In this document: positions 6,606 through 12,216 of the stretch, one piece after another | Position numbering within the stretch: the first letter of the stretch is position 1 | Layout: each line of letters opens with the position of its first letter | Assembly (NCBI GenBank): GCA_044376115.1 | Contig: JBILLK010000058.1 | Coordinates: forward strand, 1 to 12,216 | Direction: 5' to 3' | Length of the DNA: 12,216 bases | DNA from: Polyangiaceae bacterium | Lineage (GTDB): Bacteria; Myxococcota_A; Polyangia; Polyangiales; Polyangiaceae | Made by a program: the position numbers and the translations under genes | Notes under the pieces: model-generated | Seen by the model: only the letters and a program-made list of their open reading frames with translations | The model's database searches: none | What the model was told of the DNA's origin: nothing

Positions 6606-6663
6606 AGACCCCGCGACCTCCAGACCGCCGGGCATCCGAACCGGATCGATCGCGAGCGCCCCC

Positions 6664-7938
6664 TCAACCTCTCTCGAGCTCGCGGATGGTGCGAGGCAGT
6701 TTCGCGCCAGCTCGGTACTTCGCGAGCCGCGACTGCACGGCGTTGGCGATCTTGTCGTTTGGGTCGAGGGCCAAGCTCTTCGCGAGCGCGGCTTCTGCGG
6801 CGTCGAGGTCCCCGCTGAGGAGTTCGGTGACGGCGAGGTTGCAATAGCTCTCGGCGCTGGGGCAGCTACTAGTGATTGCGCGGTTGACCGCGCGCGCCTC
6901 TTCGATCTCGTCCTTCTCGAGCAAGATGAGTGAGAAGTCCTTGGCGATCGGCTCGAAGCTCGGGTGCTGGGCGTGACCTGCGCGAAACGTGGCGAGAGCG
7001 CCTTGCTTGTCCCCCAAGCACTCCTTCGCCTTCGCGAGCAGCCAGGCCGGCTCGGCAAAGGACGGTGCGTCGGCCACAAGCTCGGTGAGCGAGTCCATGG
7101 CCGTCACCAGCGCTTTGCGTACCTCCCCCGATGGGATCGGCGCGTTCGGACGCCCTTGCAGATGCAGGTAGGGCATCAGCACTTTGGCTGCCTCCTGGAA
7201 GCGCCAGCGGCCTTCGCTGATGTAAACACGCAGCTGTTCAAGCTCCTGGCGCTCTTCTTCCGGAAGATCGGCGAGCTGCAGCACCTGATGAAGCAGCCGT
7301 GAGGCGCGATCGATGGCGCGGTTCGCAATCGCATCTTCGATCGTCGCGAACGAAGCACGCACAACCCCTGCGATGAGGCGAGGCGTCGGAGTTGCGACGT
7401 AGGCCTCGAGCGCGGCCTCGTACTGCTCGATCATCCGCTGCTTCAGGCGGCGCTCAACGAGAGGATCGTCGATCTTCTCGCTATGAAGGCGCGTCCTCGT
7501 GGCTTCAGCGTAGTTGAGGTGCCCAAGGAAGTAGCCCGGCCAGTTCCAGACGATCCGGCAGAATCGAAGCTCTGCGGCGGTGTAGTCGCCCGCGCGCCCA
7601 CGCGCCGCGCCTTCCTCGGTCAGCTCGTGGATGCGCGCCGGATCAATCTTTCGTGGATAACGGAAGACGCCGCACGATGCGCACGCCCAGCCATCCACCG
7701 CCACGGGGTGATCCCGCCACACCTTCGGATCGCCAAGCTCCCCGCCCGTGGTGATGAACGCCTCCCGCAACTGCCCGCCGCATCCCCCGCACGGCTCCTT
7801 CATCTCCTCCAACGCGAAGTTCGCCGCACTCGGCCGCACAATCGACCGCGCGACCTCGGCATTGCGCAGCGTTACCACCTCGCCATCAACGACGATCGCT
7901 TCTCCGCGACGCCCGAACAACTTTGAGAGGAAGCCCAT
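6664..7938 (-). CDS. Tetratricopeptide-repeat protein with N-terminal CxxC..CxxC zinc-ribbon-like region (424 aa)
   Basis: Start MGFLSKLFG at 7938. Contains CGGC and CASC. TPR-like AESYCNLAVTELLSGDLDAAEAALAKSLALDPND. Confidence 0.8.
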   Translation of the reverse strand: MGFLSKLFGRRGEAIVVDGEVVTLRNAEVARSIVRPSAANFALEEMKEPCGGCGGQLREAFITTGGELGDPKVWRDHPVAVDGWACASCGVFRYPRKIDPARIHELTEEGAARGRAGDYTAAELRFCRIVWNWPGYFLGHLNYAEATRTRLHSEKIDDPLVERRLKQRMIEQYEAALEAYVATPTPRLIAGVVRASFATIEDAIANRAIDRASRLLHQVLQLADLPEEERQELEQLRVYISEGRWRFQEAAKVLMPYLHLQGRPNAPIPSGEVRKALVTAMDSLTELVADAPSFAEPAWLLAKAKECLGDKQGALATFRAGHAQHPSFEPIAKDFSLILLEKDEIEEARAVNRAITSSCPSAESYCNLAVTELLSGDLDAAEAALAKSLALDPNDKIANAVQSRLAKYRAGAKLPRTIRELERG

Positions 7939-7986
7939 GGCAGTTGGGGATGCTAGCAGGGGGTGGGAAACCGGAGGGTCCGCTGG

Positions 7987-8131
7987 CTGCTTAAACGCTG
8001 CAGCGTTGGCGTAGCGGATCACGCAGCCCTCCGACGCGCTCGGAGCGCCTTCACGTCCTCCGTGTCGATGAGCCCGCGGGTGCCTGTGCAACGGCGGCCT
8101 CGATGAACTCAGGCGAGACCTGCGCGGCCAC
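7987..8131 (-). pseudogene. Remnant of a type IV TA junction: frameshifted AbiEi-like C-terminus plus first 12 codons of an AbiEii-like toxin
   Basis: VAAQVSPEFIEAAVAQA/(shift)RGLIDTEDVKALRARRRAA* (stop 8019-8021) overlaps GTG 8022, which reads MIRYANAAAFKQ and resembles AbiEii-type N-termini. Confidence 0.55.
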
Positions 8132-8282
8132 TGGCGCCATCGAATCTCGCAGCATTAGCCTCCTCTCCGACCTGCGATTCCAGCGCGGAAGCGTTACAAA
8201 ACGAACGGGGGCTGCGGCAAAGGGGACAATTTGCTCCCGCCATTGGGGTTTCGGCTGGGCATGCTCCTTGCGAGCCGACTGC

Positions 8283-9707
8283 ATGCTCGCAGCTCTCGGA
8301 TCAAAGAACCTTTTGGTGGCCTGCTCGTTGTTGCTCATCGCCTGCGGTGACGATTCGCAGACGAGCGGGGGTGGCGGCGAAGGGGGAGCGAGCAACCCCG
8401 GCATCGGAGGAGGAGCTGGCGAGGGCGGCACGGCGCCGGCCACGATCGAGTTCCTCGTCAACGAGCGCCCCCACGATCCGACGAGCCAAGAACAGGCGAC
8501 GACCAAAGCACGCTACACCGATCCGGTTCGCGTGGTGGCGAGCGGACTCGTTCCGGGGTCGAGCGTGCGCTTCGACACCTTGTCGGGGCAGGCGACGTCC
8601 TTTGCACTGTTCGAAGTGCCGGAGGACGGCGTGGTCGACTTCGCGCGCGACGCTCCAGTCGAGGGCAGCTGGTCGGGCGCAGACGCCGATGGCTTTCTGT
8701 GGTCGCTCGACGAAATGGCGGGACTCAACATCACGGTCACCGTGAGTAGCGAATCGGGCGACCCGATCGTCGAGGGCGAATTGGAGCGCGCGCCCTTCGC
8801 CGAAGGCACAGTCGCTGAGATCGTCGAGGTTGGGACGCTCGTGGGCACGTTCTATCGGCCTGTGGGCGACGGCCCATTCCCGGCCGTGCTCACGTTCGGC
8901 GGCTCTGAGGGCGGGCGCGGGTCCGGCGAGTTCAACGCGGCCTACTTGGCGACGCTAGGCTACGCCGCTCTCGGCGTCGCTTACTTCGATGAGCCGGGCC
9001 TCCCGGCCGTTCTGACCGATGTGCCGCTCGAGATTTTGGAAGCGGATCTGGCCTGGTTGCGCGCACGGCCGGAGGTCGACGCCGATCGCATTGGCGTGTG
9101 GGGCGCCTCGCGCGGCGGCGAGCTGGCGCTGCTCCTGGCCGCTCGCGATCCGGGCCTCGCAGCGGCCATCGCCGAGGTACCAAGCGGCTACGTGTGGGGG
9201 TCTGCGTCGGACTTCAACCGCGCCGCTTGGACCGTCGCTGGTGCTGAGCTGCCCTATGTGCCGTCTTTGGGCGAAGGGTACGAGATCTTCGACGACGAGC
9301 TCGGCTCGCACCTGGTTTCGACCCCGGCGTTCCACGCCGACATCGAGGCGGCTTCCCCGACCGAGCTCGAGAGCGCTCGCATTCGCGTCGAAGACGCCAG
9401 CGCCGCCATCATGTTCATTGCCGGTGCGGACGACCAGCTGTGGCCCAGCTGCGCTCTGTCTGAGGTTTCGATGGATGTGTTGAGCTCGACGGGCCACGCC
9501 GATGCGGTGGGCGACGAGCTCCTTTGCTACGAGTCGGCCGGCCATTGGATTGGCCTGCCAGGGAGCTCGACGATGAACTCCCAGCGGTACTTCGACGGAG
9601 GATACTGGATCGAGCTCGGCGGCACCCCCGCGGGTGCGGCAGCTGCGCAGCGAGACTCGAATACGAGGATGCGCGCGTTCTTGGAGCGGACGCTCGGCAC
9701 ACCTTGA
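8283..9707 (+). CDS. Acyl-CoA thioesterase / BAAT-family alpha/beta hydrolase, lipoprotein (474 aa)
   Basis: Lipobox LLIAC and Gly-rich linker. Motifs GGSEGG, ALGVAYF..PGLP, nucleophile GASRG, GADDQLWPS and AGH give a Ser-Asp-His triad. Confidence 0.88.
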   Translation: MLAALGSKNLLVACSLLLIACGDDSQTSGGGGEGGASNPGIGGGAGEGGTAPATIEFLVNERPHDPTSQEQATTKARYTDPVRVVASGLVPGSSVRFDTLSGQATSFALFEVPEDGVVDFARDAPVEGSWSGADADGFLWSLDEMAGLNITVTVSSESGDPIVEGELERAPFAEGTVAEIVEVGTLVGTFYRPVGDGPFPAVLTFGGSEGGRGSGEFNAAYLATLGYAALGVAYFDEPGLPAVLTDVPLEILEADLAWLRARPEVDADRIGVWGASRGGELALLLAARDPGLAAAIAEVPSGYVWGSASDFNRAAWTVAGAELPYVPSLGEGYEIFDDELGSHLVSTPAFHADIEAASPTELESARIRVEDASAAIMFIAGADDQLWPSCALSEVSMDVLSSTGHADAVGDELLCYESAGHWIGLPGSSTMNSQRYFDGGYWIELGGTPAGAAAAQRDSNTRMRAFLERTLGTP

Positions 9708-9775
9708 CGCCGTGAAATCCCGATCCGTCAGGGCGATCCGTGGCTCTGCCGACGCTCGTTTCGACCACGCACGTG

Positions 9776-10087
9776 TCAGGTTTCGTCGCTGACCACGCGT
9801 GTGACGACGGAACCCTCTTCGCCCTTGATGAGCTTGCCGATCTCTTCGATGTCTCTGGCGTAGAGCTCGGTGTAACCGCAGCTCGCGCAGGTATACGCGA
9901 CGAACGCGCCTACGCTCATCCGCCTCGTCGGTCGTGCGAACAGGCCATACTCTTCGTTCTCAACGATGCGACACGCGACGGGCACCGCTTGGATCACGTT
10001 CGCGCTCTCGCGCTCGGGCATGGACAGTGGATCGACGCGCCAGATGACGTCGTGCGCACACTTGATGCAGTTCGCAGCGTTCTTCAT
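9776..10087 (-). CDS. Zinc-ribbon protein (103 aa)
   Basis: CIKC near the N-terminus and CASCGYTELYA motif. Confidence 0.75.
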   Translation of the reverse strand: MKNAANCIKCAHDVIWRVDPLSMPERESANVIQAVPVACRIVENEEYGLFARPTRRMSVGAFVAYTCASCGYTELYARDIEEIGKLIKGEEGSVVTRVVSDET

Positions 10088-10089
10088 GT

Positions 10090-10455
10090 GTGTACCGCCA
10101 CTTTGCGGCGAGCTCTGTCCTTCTTCGTGCCCGCATCAGCTGGCGCGGACTTTTCCAGCGGAGAACGCTACCAGAATCAGTCGCGCTCGCACACACCGTC
10201 GAGGGCGAGCACGGGAAGACCTCGCTTGATCGGCACCGAGCGAACGATGGGTCGGTATCATCGCAATTGTCGCGCTCGTCGCAGTCGGGGCTATCGTACG
10301 TCGACCATGCAACGGGTCGCGGGGTTGCGTTTGGTCCGCAGGATGAGCTCGTCGTCGTCGAGAACGATGGCATCCACGTATGGGAGGCGCGCCGCCTCGC
10401 GACCGCGAAGCTCGCCCCTCCCTTTCGACCTTGGACGATTCGCGCTGACGAGTGA
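10090..10455 (+). pseudogene. Possible C-terminal fragment of a beta-propeller-like protein
   Basis: RGVAFGPQDELVVVENDGIHVWE resembles a propeller blade. No convincing start. Confidence 0.3.
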
Positions 10456-10489
10456 AGCGTGAGCCAAGACAGGGCCGCATCTGCGCGCC

Positions 10490-10525
10490 CCCGGACCCCA
10501 GGCTCTGACGAAGCCGGATAACGCC
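10490..10525 (+). repeat. 36-bp exact direct repeat, copy 2, with R''-like GGATAAC
   Basis: Identical to 6514-6549. Confidence 0.9.
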
Positions 10526-10552
10526 CCTCATGCGGTCGCTTCGTCTCGCTGC

Positions 10553-11377
10553 ATGACCATCGGACCCACCCATGAGCCTACGGTTTCTTCGCCAACTGGG
10601 ATATGCCGCTGGCAAGCCATGACCATTAGCTCCGGCCATTCCGAACTGCCTGAACCTGTCACGCTCTCGGGCTTTGGCGCGCGAGTGCTCTTCGCAGGCC
10701 CCACCTTTGTTACGACCCTCGGCAATGCGGCGGAACGCCTGCGCGCGGCGCCAACGGATCTGGTTACCGTGTGTTGGCGTTCGGGCGCGATGTTCAATGG
10801 CTTCATTCACGCTCGGATCAACGATGAACCTCGGTTCAATGCCGCACGGCCTGCCCTTGGCGACGCGGGCATCGAGACATTCGGCCGTGGTCCCGACTTG
10901 AACCAATGGCGCGTCAGCGTAGGCGACGTCGATTTCCCACTCGTTGCCCTGCTCATGTACGTAGCCGGCAAGCCACATCCGGACCCCAACGTCCTTCCTG
11001 TACAGTTCTTGTTTGGAGCCTATCCGAATACCCCCGAACCCTACGATGGCGCAGCCGACACCATGATCACCATTGCCGGACCGTTCGATTCTGTCCCGCC
11101 AGTCGAGGCGGTCAGCGCCGGGTATCAGCGTGTGGTCGAGCGCAATCTCGACTCGGCGCCGTTCTGGGTCGAAAACGCATACACCCACGCTGGCCTCGAA
11201 TGGCGACAGCGCGTCTACTGGGCAATGGAACCGACGTTCCTAATCTCCTATCAAGCCCCCGCGAGCAGAGGGGTGGAACTCGAACGCCTTCGAGCTGCTG
11301 CCGTTGAGATTGCCCACGGAATCAGGCTCAAGCCCCCAGCGCCGCCGAGTGCGCCAAGGGAGCGCGGCGCGAAGTAA
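10553..11377 (+). CDS. Hypothetical protein (up to 274 aa; start uncertain)
   Basis: Long ORF with globular-protein-like composition and no recognised motif. Confidence 0.6.
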   Translation: MTIGPTHEPTVSSPTGICRWQAMTISSGHSELPEPVTLSGFGARVLFAGPTFVTTLGNAAERLRAAPTDLVTVCWRSGAMFNGFIHARINDEPRFNAARPALGDAGIETFGRGPDLNQWRVSVGDVDFPLVALLMYVAGKPHPDPNVLPVQFLFGAYPNTPEPYDGAADTMITIAGPFDSVPPVEAVSAGYQRVVERNLDSAPFWVENAYTHAGLEWRQRVYWAMEPTFLISYQAPASRGVELERLRAAAVEIAHGIRLKPPAPPSAPRERGAK

Positions 11378-11380
11378 GTC

Positions 11381-11571
11381 GGGGAGGCTGCGCTAGCCCC
11401 CTCGGGTAAGTTCGCTGATCAGCCTGCGTGCCGGCCGCCAAAGCGTTTAGAGCCGCGGCCAGAGCATGCGAACTCCTACAAACTAGCCGGCTTTGCGAAA
11501 TAGCCGAAGCCGCCGTGGCCCACCGCCTTCTCGGAATGCGAACTAACCCTAAGGGGCTAGCGCAGCTCCCC
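11381..11571. mobile_element. MITE-like element with 29-bp terminal inverted repeats (26/29 match)
   Basis: gctgcgctagccccctcgggtaagttcgc (11387-11415) pairs with gcgaactaaccctaaggggctagcgcagc (11538-11566). Flanks ggggag/ctcccc extend the pairing. No transposase inside. Confidence 0.6.
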
Positions 11572-11588
11572 AGGGTTCGTTCGCGCTG

Positions 11589-11636
11589 GGCGCAAGGCGG
11601 TGGGCGCAAGGCGGTTGGGCACAAGGCGGTTGGGCT
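11589..11636 (+). repeat. Three tandem 15-16-bp repeats gc(g/a)caaggcggt(t)gg
   Basis: Directly visible. The same motif precedes the hairpins at ~5110 and ~11791. Confidence 0.85.
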
Positions 11637-11878
11637 ACGCGCTAGTCCCATATCGCTCGTTCGTTCGCGACGACCCGACGTTATGGGACGCTTAGTGCGC
11701 CACCCCGGACGGCGCGCACCCAGTGACCCACGCTTTTGCCCGATGTTTTCGGGGTCGCAGCGAAAGAGGCCTCCGGCGCCGGTTCCCCGGAAGGCGGTTG
11801 GGCCACCCGCTAGTCCCATAACGCTCATTCGTTCGCGACGACCAAACGTTATGGGACGCTTAGTGCGCCAGGCGCTCT
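11634..11878 (+). repeat. ~243-bp double-hairpin dispersed element, copy 2
   Basis: Similar to 4955-5197, with the same 168-bp hairpin spacing. Confidence 0.9.
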
Positions 11879-11910
11879 ACCCCGCGCTCCGCGCTCTTCT
11901 GGCGCCCACC

Positions 11911-11932
11911 GCTAAACGCCAATACCTTAGCC
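11911..11932 (+). repeat. Right half of an attC-like site (L' GCTAAAC, spacer gccaatac, R' CTTAGCC)
   Basis: Spacer is identical to site B and is followed by ggac and ATG 11943. The left half is absent. Confidence 0.62.
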
Positions 11933-11942
11933 GGACGAATCG

Positions 11943-12216
11943 ATGGCCGAAGCTGCGTTGGTTGAGATACTGAATCAAGCGCGTGACGAGCTTTGGGACC
12001 TGGACGACTCGACCACCGACGCCGACCTCTGGGCAAGCCCGCTTGGACGATTTGTAGCCCGATTCCAAAGCTTGTCCGAACCGCAGCACGGGATGCGCCT
12101 TCTCGCGCTCTTCGCGGCCAGACGCGCCGTTGCCTGCTGGCAACTCTACTGTGACGACACGACTCCGCTCGACGGCGTACATACGGCCGAGCGCGTTCTT
12201 GACGGGAGCGCCCCAG
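11943..12216 (+). CDS. Partial hypothetical protein, Imm5-like helical immunity-domain resemblance; runs off the window
   Basis: Own translation, open to the edge: MAEAALVEILNQARDELWD...RLLALFAARRAVACWQLYCDDTTPLDGVHTAERVLDG. Not in the ORF track because it has no stop. Confidence 0.6.
   Translation, partial: MAEAALVEILNQARDELWDLDDSTTDADLWASPLGRFVARFQSLSEPQHGMRLLALFAARRAVACWQLYCDDTTPLDGVHTAERVLDGSAP

Noticed and set aside
7988..8011. attC right end (gcttaaacgctgcagcGTTGGCG)
   Set aside because: It coincides with the YANAAAFKQ codons of the AbiEii-like remnant, and there is no R''/L'' partner.
1..12216. Integron integrase, transposase, reverse transcriptase, tRNA or rRNA
   Set aside because: No ORF shows tyrosine-recombinase, DDE, HUH or RT motifs, and no structural RNA gene was recognised.

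Overview
GC-rich bacterial accessory region. The Gly-rich lipoproteins look myxobacterial, which is an inference. The organising principle appears to be an integron-type gene-cassette array in decay. It has at least 3 well-formed and several degenerate attC-like sites, all in + orientation (R'' ~GCCCAAC/GGCTAAC; L'-spacer-R' ~TGAAC-GCCAATAC-GTTGGGC), and several ORFs start just after R'. No integrase lies in the window. The array is rich in toxin-antitoxin (TA) material: an intact RHH-VapC pair, an intact TIGR02574-type/ParE pair, two protein-identical VapB antitoxins whose VapC toxins are each independently broken, an AbiEi/AbiEii junction remnant and further fragments. Other genes encode a HExxH protein, a beta-propeller lipoprotein, a Cys-rich protein, a Zn-finger/TPR protein, a BAAT-family thioesterase lipoprotein, a Zn-ribbon protein and a partial Imm5-like protein. 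Non-coding repeats are a 73-bp hairpin tandem array, a ~243-bp double-hairpin element present twice next to half attC sites, and a MITE-like element with 29-bp inverted repeats. All family assignments come from motif recognition, not database searches.
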